This document shows, in pieces, positions 9,696-18,900 of a stretch of DNA of 64,000 nucleotides (its first letter is position 1; the number at the start of each line of letters is the position of its first letter). This DNA is from Acidimicrobiales bacterium (GTDB taxonomy: Bacteria; Actinomycetota; Acidimicrobiia; Acidimicrobiales; WLNW01), in NCBI GenBank assembly GCA_039934635.1, contig JBDTLT010000005.1, forward strand, positions 19,846 to 83,845, in the 5' to 3' direction. The notes beneath the pieces were generated by a model, which made no database searches, had not been told where the DNA came from, and saw only the letters and a list, made by a program, of their open reading frames with translations. The position numbers and the translations under genes were made by a program.

Positions 9696-10320
9696 GCCGC
9701 ACGCCCTCGGCGATCGCCGACTGCAACAGGGCGTGGGCCGACCATCGCATGAGCTCGCGGGCCTCGTCGCGTGACAGGCCGGCAATATCGGTCAGCCACA
9801 CGAACGCCTCGATGCCGGTTGCACTTCGAATCGCCTGAGTGAGGCGGTGGACGTCGGCCTGGCACATCTGATCGTGCAGAGGCGCCAGCGCTTCTTCGAT
9901 CCATTTGATCGCGCGGCCTTGTCGTAGGGGCAGCTCCGCGCGGTGCGCCGGGTCGGCTTCGAGCGAGAGGCGCAACATCGTTCGTTGCTGCGCCTCGTTC
10001 TCGATCAACGAGCGGGTGAACGCGTCGACGACGAGGTCGAGCCGGCTGGCAGCGTCGTCGGGCGGGTCGTCCGGCAGCAACGACACCGCGCCGGTCTCCG
10101 GGTGCGCGGCGACGAGCAGGGCGCGTTGATTGGGGAAGTAGCGATAGGCGGTGGTGCGAGAGATCGACGCCGCTTCGGCGGCCGCCTCGACCGTCGGGGT
10201 CTCGCCTTTGGCCACCAGATCCCGGGCGGCCCCGACCAGCGCGTCGCGCGTGCGGCGCTTTTGACCGATGCGTCCGTTGAGCTCATAGGGGATTGACATT
10301 CCCATGATGGTACCGTACAT
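9655..10320 (-). CDS. TetR family transcriptional regulator
   Basis: N-terminal HTH: TRDALVGAARDLVAKGETPTVEAAAEAASISRTTAYRYFPNQRALL. Alternative starts at 10305 and 10299. The 3' end overlaps the convergent methyltransferase by 41 nt. Confidence 0.85.
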   Translation of the reverse strand: MYGTIMGMSIPYELNGRIGQKRRTRDALVGAARDLVAKGETPTVEAAAEAASISRTTAYRYFPNQRALLVAAHPETGAVSLLPDDPPDDAASRLDLVVDAFTRSLIENEAQQRTMLRLSLEADPAHRAELPLRQGRAIKWIEEALAPLHDQMCQADVHRLTQAIRSATGIEAFVWLTDIAGLSRDEARELMRWSAHALLQSAIAEGVRLRPQPSLAGKLPG

Positions 10321-10325
10321 TCGTC

Positions 10326-10343
10326 ATGGGACGTAAGTCCCAT
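10326..10343. promoter_or_regulatory. 18-bp palindrome, candidate TetR operator
   Basis: ATGGGAC-GTAA-GTCCCAT (7-bp perfect arms) in the 40-nt divergent spacer between the TetR gene and the cupin gene. Confidence 0.4.
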
Positions 10344-10360
10344 AACGGGGAGAAGGCGCC

Positions 10361-10846
10361 ATGAAGACTCGAACACCGATTATCTGGGCTGCGGGCGAAG
10401 GAGAGCGGCGGTCGTTCCTCGGCGGCGGGCTCCACACGTGGAAGCTCACCGCCGAAGACACCGACGGCGCGTTCTTCATGCTGGAGGACGTGATGGGGCA
10501 GGGAAAGTCCACGCCGCTCCATCGCCATCCCGAAGCCGACGAGACCGTCTACGTGCTCGCGGGCGAGATTCTCATCAATGTCGACGGTCGTGAGAGCCGT
10601 GTCGGCGCCGGCGGGATGACATTCACGCCACGGGGTGTACCGCACGCCTTCGTGGTGGTTTCCGATGAGGCGCGTGTGCTGATGCTGCAGACACCGGGCG
10701 TTGGCCAAGGCTTCTACAGAGGCGCCAGCGAGCCGACGACCGACCACTTGTCCGAGTCCGTTGACATTGCCCGACTGCAGATGTCGGCGAGTGAGAACCC
10801 GCGCGGGATCGATCTGCTCGGGCCACCGCCGTTCGCGACGAAGTGA
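10361..10846 (+). CDS. cupin domain protein
   Basis: Cupin motifs G(x)5HxH-like (STPLHRHPEADETVYVLAGE) and GxxxxxPxGxxH (GGMTFTPRGVPHAF). GGAGAAGG lies upstream of the ATG. Confidence 0.85.
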   Translation: MKTRTPIIWAAGEGERRSFLGGGLHTWKLTAEDTDGAFFMLEDVMGQGKSTPLHRHPEADETVYVLAGEILINVDGRESRVGAGGMTFTPRGVPHAFVVVSDEARVLMLQTPGVGQGFYRGASEPTTDHLSESVDIARLQMSASENPRGIDLLGPPPFATK

Positions 10847-10948
10847 TACACGACAGCCGCGAACCGGCGGTCGCGTGCATCACGCGGGCGACTCGGTAAG
10901 GATGTGCCCAACGACCGGTATCAGCCGGTCGCCACGAGGGGGATATTT

Positions 10949-12652
10949 ATGCGGCACAAAAACGTTGGTCGCGCCTTGGCGTTGATCACTGTGATCTCGC
11001 TCGCCGCCGCGGCATGCGGCGACAGCGGAGGAGACAATGCGGCAACGACGACCGCTGGGGGAGCGTCGCCGACAGCCACCGCCGCTGCCACCACCACCAC
11101 GCTGACGCCCAAGTCGGGCGGCGGCATCACGATGGGTATGTACAGCGAAACTGCGGGGCTCGATCCCGTCGTCAGCAACGGTGGCGGCACGACCGGCAAC
11201 ACCGAGCTCATGGCCATCTACGACACGATCATGCGCTACGACACGACCACCGGTAAGTACGAGCCGCAAACGGCCGAGTCCCTCAGCGCCAATGCCGACA
11301 ACACCGAGTGGACGCTCAAGTTGAAGGCCGGCATCAAGTTCAGCGACGGCACCGACTACGACGCCGACGCCATCGTCTACGGATTGAAGCGTCACGTCAC
11401 GTTCGGCGGCCGCTCGTCGAGCCTCGTCTCCAACATCAAGACGTACACCGTCGTCGACAAGCTGACGGTCAAGTTCACTCTGAATGCGCCGTGGGGCAAC
11501 TTCCCCTATCTGTTGGCTTACATGCCGGGCATGATCCCGTCGCCGACGGCCATCAAGGCCGCGTGCGGACCGACCGACGACTACAAACCGGCCAGCTGCA
11601 GCTTCAACTTGAAGGGAGTCGGCGCGGGCGCATTCAAGGTCGATTCGTACAAGCCCAAAGAGTCGATCAACCTCGTTCGCAACGATGCCTACTACGGCGG
11701 CAAGCCCTACCTCGACACGTTGAAGTTCGTGGTGCTCGCGGGTGCGCAGGCAAACTATGACGCGCTCCAAACCGGCACGCTGCAGGTGGCGTTCCTCCGT
11801 GAAGCGGCAGTCGTGAAGAAGGCGCGTGACGAGAAAAAGGTCGAGGGCTACCTCAACCTCGTGTGGCTGGGTGGCGTGCTGCTGCTCAACAACGGCCAAC
11901 TCACGTGCAAGGGCGGCCTGCCCGCCGCGTTGTGCGCAGGCAAGCCCGACGGCGTCACCAAGCTCGACACGATCACCGCCGACAAGCGTGTGCGCCAAGC
12001 AGTCGGCTACGCCATCGACGTCAACCAGATCAATGACAAGGCCAACGAGGGCGCATCTTTCCCGGGCACCGATATCTTCCAGAAATCGTCCAAGTGGGCG
12101 TCCGGCGTGACGACGGCGTACGACCTCGCGAAGGCGAAGGCCTTGGTCGATCAGGTGAAGGCCGAAGGCAAATGGGACGGCACCATACGCTTCGAGTGTC
12201 ACAATGCGCCGGCGCGCATAACGTTCGCCGAAGTCGTCAGGACGCAGTTGACCGCGGCGGGTTTCAAGGTCGTGCTCAACAACAGTCAAGATGTCAACGG
12301 GCTCGTGGCGAAGGTCAGCAACACCAAGGCGTTCGACATCGCCTGTTACGGCCTGAGCATCTTCGAAGAGGCACCCGACATCGCGATGGGTCTGTCGTTC
12401 CAGTCGACCAATCCGGGGCAGAGCATGATGATCCCTGATCTGTTCGACGCACAGGTCAAGATCGTGCGCGAAGCCAAGACCGACGCCGAGCGCAAGGCTG
12501 CGATCGACAAGATCAGCGAGATCTGGAAGACCGAAGTCCCGTCGGTGGTCTACGAAGCCACTCCTGAGTTCATCGCGTGGAACAAGAACGTCCACGGCAT
12601 CCGTCCGACGGTGAGCACGTCGATGATGTTCGACAAAGCCTGGGTCGGCTGA
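10949..12652 (+). CDS. ABC transporter substrate-binding lipoprotein, family 5 (peptide/nickel type)
   Basis: Track ORF trimmed to ATG 10949 (MRHKNVGRALALITVISLAAAACGDSGG: signal peptide plus lipobox). About 567 aa, with sequence pattern typical of SBP_bac_5. No permease or ATPase partner is adjacent. Confidence 0.85.
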   Translation: MRHKNVGRALALITVISLAAAACGDSGGDNAATTTAGGASPTATAAATTTTLTPKSGGGITMGMYSETAGLDPVVSNGGGTTGNTELMAIYDTIMRYDTTTGKYEPQTAESLSANADNTEWTLKLKAGIKFSDGTDYDADAIVYGLKRHVTFGGRSSSLVSNIKTYTVVDKLTVKFTLNAPWGNFPYLLAYMPGMIPSPTAIKAACGPTDDYKPASCSFNLKGVGAGAFKVDSYKPKESINLVRNDAYYGGKPYLDTLKFVVLAGAQANYDALQTGTLQVAFLREAAVVKKARDEKKVEGYLNLVWLGGVLLLNNGQLTCKGGLPAALCAGKPDGVTKLDTITADKRVRQAVGYAIDVNQINDKANEGASFPGTDIFQKSSKWASGVTTAYDLAKAKALVDQVKAEGKWDGTIRFECHNAPARITFAEVVRTQLTAAGFKVVLNNSQDVNGLVAKVSNTKAFDIACYGLSIFEEAPDIAMGLSFQSTNPGQSMMIPDLFDAQVKIVREAKTDAERKAAIDKISEIWKTEVPSVVYEATPEFIAWNKNVHGIRPTVSTSMMFDKAWVG

Positions 12653-12675
12653 CGATTGCGTGAGTTCCGAAGCCT

Positions 12676-12718
12676 CTGGCAGCACAACGTCGACCCACCG
12701 TCGACGTTGTGCTGCCAG
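12676..12718. terminator. perfect 19-bp stem / 5-nt loop hairpin between convergent genes
   Basis: CTGGCAGCACAACGTCGAC-CCACC-GTCGACGTTGTGCTGCCAG, followed by TTCGGATTG on the + strand. It lies between the stop at 12652 (+) and the stop at 12752 (-). Confidence 0.6.
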
Positions 12719-12751
12719 TTCGGATTGTCGGGCGTTGGCGACGACGAGTGA

Positions 12752-13234
12752 TCAGGTGAAGATGATCTGTCCGCCCGCGGCCATCTCGTAGAACTCTCCG
12801 ACCGTGATGATGTCTTGGACCTGGCCGATGAAGTCGTTCTTCTCCAACCCGAAAAGGTCGACCGACGCCTTGCACGCGTAAATGCCGGCACCGGTGTCGG
12901 CGATCATCTCGACGAATTCGGGGATGGAAGGGATGTCGAGCCGATCCATTTTGTGGTTCATATAGCGCGTCATGAGCGTGGAGACGCCGGGCATACCGCC
13001 CGCCATTGTCGCCAAGTGGAGACCGGGGTTGCCGACAGTGGCCAGCTTGATGTGGTTCTGTCGCTCCTTGTGAATGGCGTCGAGGCCGAAGAACGTGAAG
13101 AACAGATTGGCTTCGATGCCCTCGGCTCGTGCGCCGTTGGCCATGATCAGCCCGGGATAGACCCCCTCGAGGGAACCTTTGGAGATGATGATCGAGATCT
13201 TGGAGATCGGCTCTGGGTGGATTTTGGTGGTCAT
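12752..13234 (-). CDS. DsrE/DsrF-like sulfur-relay family protein
   Basis: 160 aa. Layout ISIIISKGSLEGVYPGLIMANGA...FFTFFGL...GAGIYACKASVDLFG is typical of the DsrE-like family, with a conserved Cys in YACK. Confidence 0.75.
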   Translation of the reverse strand: MTTKIHPEPISKISIIISKGSLEGVYPGLIMANGARAEGIEANLFFTFFGLDAIHKERQNHIKLATVGNPGLHLATMAGGMPGVSTLMTRYMNHKMDRLDIPSIPEFVEMIADTGAGIYACKASVDLFGLEKNDFIGQVQDIITVGEFYEMAAGGQIIFT

Positions 13235-13265
13235 GCTTGGTCCTTCTTCCGTGCGTGCAGTGGCA

Positions 13266-13583
13266 CTAGATGCAGCCGCGCGGCTTGGGGATGCCGGCGA
13301 TCTTCGCGGCGATCTTCGCGGGGCCTTTGGGAAAGAGTTGGTAGAGCTGTTTGACCGAGACGCCGGACGTCTTGCCGAGGATCCGCACAGTGGGACCCGT
13401 CCCCTTTTCGAAGTACTCCGAACGCATGAAATTGATCACGCGCCAATGGTCGGGTGTGAGTGCATCGATGCCTTCGGCAGCCGCGAGCTCGACCGCCATG
13501 GACTCGTTCCACTGACGAGGATCGGTGAAAAAGCCTTCGTCGTTGCGGTCGACAGCGGTGCCGGCGATTGTCTGGTTCGACAT
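13266..13583 (-). CDS. TusE/DsrC family sulfur-relay protein (single C-terminal Cys)
   Basis: Track ORF trimmed to ATG 13583, which has GAGGAGG just upstream. The C-terminus GIPKPRGCI matches the TusE/DsrC penultimate-Cys arm. There is no second Cys about 10 residues upstream. Confidence 0.8.
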   Translation of the reverse strand: MSNQTIAGTAVDRNDEGFFTDPRQWNESMAVELAAAEGIDALTPDHWRVINFMRSEYFEKGTGPTVRILGKTSGVSVKQLYQLFPKGPAKIAAKIAGIPKPRGCI

Positions 13584-13584
13584 G

Positions 13585-14835
13585 TCAGTCCTCCTCGTTG
13601 GCAGGCGGTTGCTTGCCTGCAATGGGCATTGTCGAGTGCACGCCGGGTAGGTCGTGCCCGGGCAGCAAGCTGTGCCAATAGACCGACTGGAACAACAGCT
13701 TGCCGAGATGGTTGAGACGCGATTCTTTGAGCAGCGGCAAACCCATCTTCGTCGGGTAGTGACCCGTCAGCGGTTCGGTGTCGTAGTTGAAGTCGATGAG
13801 CAGGGCCTTGTGGAACCCGGTCTCGATGAAGCAGTTTGCGTGCCCGTCAAAAGTGTCCTCGAGTGGCTCGCCCGCGAGGAAGTGCCGCACATTGCGTACG
13901 AGCGTCTCGCCTTCGAAATGCGTGACCGAGCCGGCCTTGGACGCGGGGACGTTGGCGGCGTCACCGATGACGAAGATGTTCGGCGCGGCTTTGGATTGCA
14001 GCGTGTGCTCGTCGGTGGGCACGAAGTCGAGCTCGTCACCAAGCCCGGGTGAACGGCCCACGTACTCGGCCCCACTGTGCAATGGGATCACAACTGCGAG
14101 ATCGAATGGCACCTCACGGCCGTCGTAGCTGACGAGTCGACCGCCGGCACTGTCGACTTCGCCGGTGTTGAACTCTGTAGCCATCGCAATGCCGCGCTCG
14201 TCGAGCATCCCACCGAGGTGCTGAGAGGCGATGGGCTTGGTGAACGCGCCATCGAGGGGTGTGGCGAACGTGATCTGCACCCGATCGCGGATGCCCCGCT
14301 CGGTGAAATACCAGTCGGCCAGGAAACAGAACTCCAGTGGTGCGACGGGACACTTGATGGGCATGTCGACCACGTTGACCACGAGATGGCCGCGATCGAA
14401 TGTCGCGAGTGCCGCGCCCAACGCCGCCGCGCCTTCGGGGGTGTAGAAGGTGAAGACCTTTTCCATCCAGCCGGGGCCGGTCAAGCCTTGGGTCTCTTCG
14501 GGTACCAACCTCGCGCCGCTGGCGACGACGAGCACGTCGTAGTCGAGCGTGTCGCCATTCGCGAGATGGACTTCACGCGCGTCGATATCGACGCGATCGA
14601 TGCGGGATTCGACGAACTCGATGTCGTCACGCAGTTGACGATGCCGTGGCCGCACGATGTCCTCTGAGTGCGCGAGCCCGAATGGCACGAACAGCAGACC
14701 CGGTTGATACACGTGCCGGTCGTTCTGGTCGACGACGGTGATCTCGGCTTCGCGCGGCCGATACGCGCGTCGTAGTCGGTTCGCGGTCAACGTCCCACCG
14801 GTTCCGGCGCCGAGGACGACAATGCGAGAGGTCAT
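13585..14835 (-). CDS. sulfide:quinone oxidoreductase-like FAD-dependent pyridine nucleotide-disulfide oxidoreductase
   Basis: Track ORF 13585..15117 trimmed to ATG 14835 (MTSRIVVLGAGTGGT, a Rossmann GxGxxG). SQR-type Cys motifs KCPVAPLEF and ANCFIETG, and FVIGDAANVPASKAG. Confidence 0.75.
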   Translation of the reverse strand: MTSRIVVLGAGTGGTLTANRLRRAYRPREAEITVVDQNDRHVYQPGLLFVPFGLAHSEDIVRPRHRQLRDDIEFVESRIDRVDIDAREVHLANGDTLDYDVLVVASGARLVPEETQGLTGPGWMEKVFTFYTPEGAAALGAALATFDRGHLVVNVVDMPIKCPVAPLEFCFLADWYFTERGIRDRVQITFATPLDGAFTKPIASQHLGGMLDERGIAMATEFNTGEVDSAGGRLVSYDGREVPFDLAVVIPLHSGAEYVGRSPGLGDELDFVPTDEHTLQSKAAPNIFVIGDAANVPASKAGSVTHFEGETLVRNVRHFLAGEPLEDTFDGHANCFIETGFHKALLIDFNYDTEPLTGHYPTKMGLPLLKESRLNHLGKLLFQSVYWHSLLPGHDLPGVHSTMPIAGKQPPANEED

Positions 14836-14881
14836 GGCATCTACGTAACCGCAGCGGCTCGCCGGCGGATAGGTACCAAGG

Positions 14882-15907
14882 TCACAACCTTCGGCTCGTG
14901 TCGTGGGGCGCGGTCCATGAGCGCAACATCTGCATGTAGTTCGCCCGCTCGAATGCCGACGGATCGCCGGACGTGACCTGAGTGGCGCTGCCCCGCAGCT
15001 GATCGACCGATTCGTAGCCGTGCTCGACCATCCACGTAGTGAGGCCGCTTTCGACCGAGCGGAGGTGGTCAGGGCCGTGACGCAGTAGCGCCGAGGTGAG
15101 CATCGCGACATCGGCACCGACCATCATCGCCTTCACTGCATCGGTGCCCGAATGAACGCCCGAGGTGGCGGCGATCGATACGGCATCGCCGAGTTGAGGG
15201 CGCAGTATGGCGATCCATCGCAGCGGCAGTCGCAGTTCACGCGAGTCGCTCAACTCGACGCGGTTGACCACCTCCAGCGTGTCGAGGTCGAGATCTGGTT
15301 GGTAGAAGCGGTTGAAGAGTACGAGCCCATCGGCACCCGCCTCGATGATGCCTTTCGCGAAGTGGGCCATCGATGAGTAGTAGGGGCTGAGCTTGACGGC
15401 GAGTGGGATCGTCAGCGACCGCCGCACCGAACGGACGATCTTCACGTCGTCGGACTCGACGTCGACGGCGTGACGCCACGGGTCGCCGGCGACGCGGTAC
15501 AAGTTGAGCTCGAGCGCATCGGCACCGGCCTGCTCGATGAGCGACGCGTAATGGCCCCAGCCGCCGCGACTGGTGGCGTTGAGGCTGGCGATGACCGGCA
15601 CTGACAGGTGCTTCTTGAGCGACTCGATGGTCGCGAGGTAACGATCACCGGCGCTCTCGAAGGCCCCAACGCCGGGGAAGTAGTCGAGCGCCTCCGCGAA
15701 ATGCCCGGAACCGGCCTCGAGCGATCGGTTGACCTCGATCTCTTCGTGGAGGATCTCTTCTTCGAAGAGCGACGGCATGACGATGGCCGAGGCACCCGCT
15801 GCTTCGACCAACCGCGCGGTGGTCAGCTCACCGTTGAGCGGTGATGCCGACGCGACGAGCGGTGTGCGCAGATCGAGTCCGAGGTAACGCGTCGTGAGGT
15901 CGATCAT
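14882..15907 (-). CDS. dihydroorotate dehydrogenase-like (class 1 DHOD fold) protein
   Basis: Track ORF 14882..16951 trimmed to ATG 15907 (MIDLTTRYLGLDLRTPLVASASPL). TIM-barrel DHOD-like pattern (ELNLY..., LFNRFYQPD). The ATGA overlaps the nifJ stop. Confidence 0.75.
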   Translation of the reverse strand: MIDLTTRYLGLDLRTPLVASASPLNGELTTARLVEAAGASAIVMPSLFEEEILHEEIEVNRSLEAGSGHFAEALDYFPGVGAFESAGDRYLATIESLKKHLSVPVIASLNATSRGGWGHYASLIEQAGADALELNLYRVAGDPWRHAVDVESDDVKIVRSVRRSLTIPLAVKLSPYYSSMAHFAKGIIEAGADGLVLFNRFYQPDLDLDTLEVVNRVELSDSRELRLPLRWIAILRPQLGDAVSIAATSGVHSGTDAVKAMMVGADVAMLTSALLRHGPDHLRSVESGLTTWMVEHGYESVDQLRGSATQVTSGDPSAFERANYMQMLRSWTAPHDTSRRL

Positions 15908-18900
15908 GCGAGGTCCTCGCTCTCGTAGCGGTACCCGGCGTCGCTTTCGACATCGGGCTCGATCGCGGGATCGATATGGCCGTGCGGCACCGTGCGCTGC
16001 ACGGTCGCCAATTGCTCGTAGTAGCGCCACCGTTCGTCGATGTCGGCTTGGAGGGTGCTCGACAGCTCGCGGGCCCGGCTCGGGTTCGTGCGTTCGAGGA
16101 TCGCGTAGCGCATCTCGGTTGCGACGAAATCGCGCACGGGCACCGACGGAGCCTTGGAGTCGAGCTTGAACGGATGCCCGCCATCGACGTCGCTCGGATG
16201 GAAGCGGTAGAGCGGCCAGTAACCGCTCTTCACGGCGTCCTTTTGATGAGTCATCGACTTCGACATGTCGATGCCATGAGCGATGCACGTGCTGTACGCG
16301 ATGACGAGGGACGGGCCGGGCCATGCATCCGCCTCCAACAGAGCCTTGGTGGTTTGTAGTTCGTTGGCGCCCATGGCGATCTGCGCGACGTAGACGTTGC
16401 CGTAGGACCGGGCGATCGCGCCGAGGTCCTTCTTGCCGGTGGCCTTGCCCGCCGCCGCGAACTTGGCGACTGCGCCGCGCTGCGTGGCCTTGGACGCTTG
16501 ACCGCCGGTGTTGGAATACACCTCGGTGTCGAGCACGAGGATGTTGACATTGCGACCAGAGGACAACACGTGGTCGAGACCACCGAAGCCGATGTCGTAG
16601 GCCCACCCGTCGCCACCTATGAGCCACACGCCGTGGCGCACGAGACTGCTCGCGATCGAGGCGAGGCGAGTGGCATCGGCGGCTTGTTCGCCGCTGACAC
16701 CTTCGAGGCATTGCTGCAACCGTTCCACGAGCCGGCGCTGGTGCACGATCTCCGGTTCGCTGTCTTGCGGATTGTCGAGGATCGAGCGCACGAGGTCGTT
16801 GTCGAGCACCGGGGCAAGACGTTCGAGAAGCGTGCGGGCGAGGCGGTCTTGCGCGTCGAGGCCGAGGCGCATGCCCAACCCGAACTCGGCGTTGTCCTCG
16901 AACAGCGAGTTGTTCCACGACGGCCCGCGGCCTTCGCGGTTCGTGGTCCACGGCGTGGTCGGCAAATTGGCGCCGTAGATCGACGAGCAGCCGGTGGCGT
17001 TGGCGACGATCATCCGGTCGCCGAAGAGTTGGCTGACGAGCTTGATGTAAGGAGTCTCACCGCAGCCCGCGCAGGCGCCGGAGAACTCGAACAGCGGCTC
17101 GAGTACCTGCGAGCCCTTCACCGAGTCGTGCGGCAACAGGTCGCGGTCGAGGTCGGGGATCGTGAGGAAGTGCTCCCAGCGATCGCGCTCGATCGCGCCG
17201 TGCAAACTCATCGGTTCCATGTTGATGGCCTTGTGGCCGATCTCGGTCTTGCTCTTGGCCGGGCACACGTCGACGCACACACCGCAGCCGGTGCAGTCAT
17301 CCGGCGAGTTCTGGATGGTGAGGTGATGCGCGGCGAGATCCTTGGACCGGAACGTCTTCGTGAGAAACCCCTCGGGCACTGCGGCCGCAATGTCACTGTT
17401 GAAAACCTTCATGCGAATGGTGGCGTGCGGGCAGACGATTGTGCACATGCCGCAGTCGATACAGACCTCGGGATCCCAGATGGGAATCGATTTGGCAATC
17501 GCTCGCTTTTCGTAACGCGCCGTGCCGGTGGGAAACGTGCCGTCGACGGGGAGGGCACTGACCGGCAGCAGGTCGCCGTCGCCGGCCAACAACACGGCGG
17601 TGACCTGCTTGACGAAGGTCGGTGCGTCGTCGGGGATCCGCACCACGTTCGAGCGTTCGCTGGTTGCAACGCCGGTCACTTCGACTCGATGCAAGTTGGC
17701 GAGGGCGTGGTCGATGGCTTCGAAGTTGCGCTCGATGACCGCGCGCCCGCGACGGGCGTAGGTCGCCTCGATACCGGCCTTGATGTGCGCAATTGCTTCG
17801 CCCGCAGGAAGGACGCCGGCGAGCTGAAAGAAGCAGGGCTGCATCACGGTGTTGATGCGGTTGCCCATCTCGGCTTCACGCGCCACCGCGTACGCGTCGA
17901 TGACCCAGAAGGCGATGTTCTTGTCGATGATCTGGCGCTGCAATTCGACCGGCAGTCGGTCCCAGACTTCGTCCGGGCCGAAGGGCGCGTTGAGCAGGAA
18001 CGTGGCGCCGGGGCGAGCGTGATCGAGAACGCGTAAGTGCTCGAGCAATTCGAACTGGTGACACGCGATGAAATCGGCGCCATCGATGAGGTATGTGGAA
18101 CGGATCGGTTCGGGGCCGAAGCGCAAGTGCGAGACCGTCACCGAACCGGACTTCTTCGAGTCGTAGACGAAGTAACCCTGGGCGAACAGGCTGGTGTTGT
18201 CGCCGATGATCTTCACCGAACTCTTGTTGGCGCCGACGGTTCCGTCAGAACCGAGGCCGAAGAACATGGCTTGCACTTCGCCCACGGGACGCGGATGGAT
18301 GAAGCCGGCGTCGATCGGGAGACTGAGGTGCGTGACGTCGTCGTAGATGCCGATGGTGAAATGGCGCTTTGGGCGTTCGGTCGAGAGTTCGTCGAACACT
18401 GGCTTCAGCATCGAGGGCGTGACCTCTTTGGAGGACAGGCCGTAGCGCCCGCCGATCACCCGGGGCATGCGATCGAAGGGTGGCTCGTCGCTGTCGACGG
18501 CTTCGGTGAGCGCAGCGAGCACCGAGAGGTAGAGCGGCTCGCCGACTGCTCCCGGCTCTTTGGTGCGGTCGAGTACCGCGATCGAGCGAACCGACGGTGG
18601 AAGCGCGGCGATCAGGGCCTCGCTCGGGAATGGTTGGAAGAGCCGGACGCACACCATCCCCACTCGTTCTCCCGCGGCGACCATGTTGTCGACGGTTTCC
18701 TCCAACGCGCCCGCCGCCGAACCCATGAGCACGACGACACGATCGGCATCGAGCGCGCCGTGATACTCGACGAGCCCGTAGCGACGGCCGGTCCGTTCGG
18801 CGAGTTCGTCGAATACCTCGTTCACGATTCCCGGCACCGCGAGGTGGTGGAGGTTGGCGGCTTCCCGCGCTTGGAAGAACACATCGGGGTTCTGCGCAGT

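Noticed and set aside
10847-10948. Structured leader upstream of the SBP gene, with hairpins CGCGA...TCGCG, GCGTG-CAT-CACGC and GACCGG-TATCAG-CCGGTC.
   Set aside because: Short GC-rich stems are expected by chance at this GC content. There is no recognisable riboswitch core.
14836-16951. Very long 5' extensions of track ORFs: 14882..16951, 13585..15117, 15904..19656, 50424..52478, 55527..58208, 47873..49414 and 28543..29631.
   Set aside because: The extensions run through the upstream gene in another frame and have non-protein-like composition. Family-typical N-termini with an RBS, or with start/stop overlaps, occur at the internal starts I used.
16498-18036. Long antisense ORFs. Examples: 16498..18036 (+) opposite nifJ, 10880..12685 (-) opposite the SBP gene, 8649..9785 (-), 45148..46542 (+), 31710..32765 (-), 44390..46114 (-).
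   Set aside because: They lie opposite or out of frame to genes with clear family motifs. Their products are Arg/Pro/Ala/Gly-rich low-complexity strings typical of non-coding frames in high-GC DNA.
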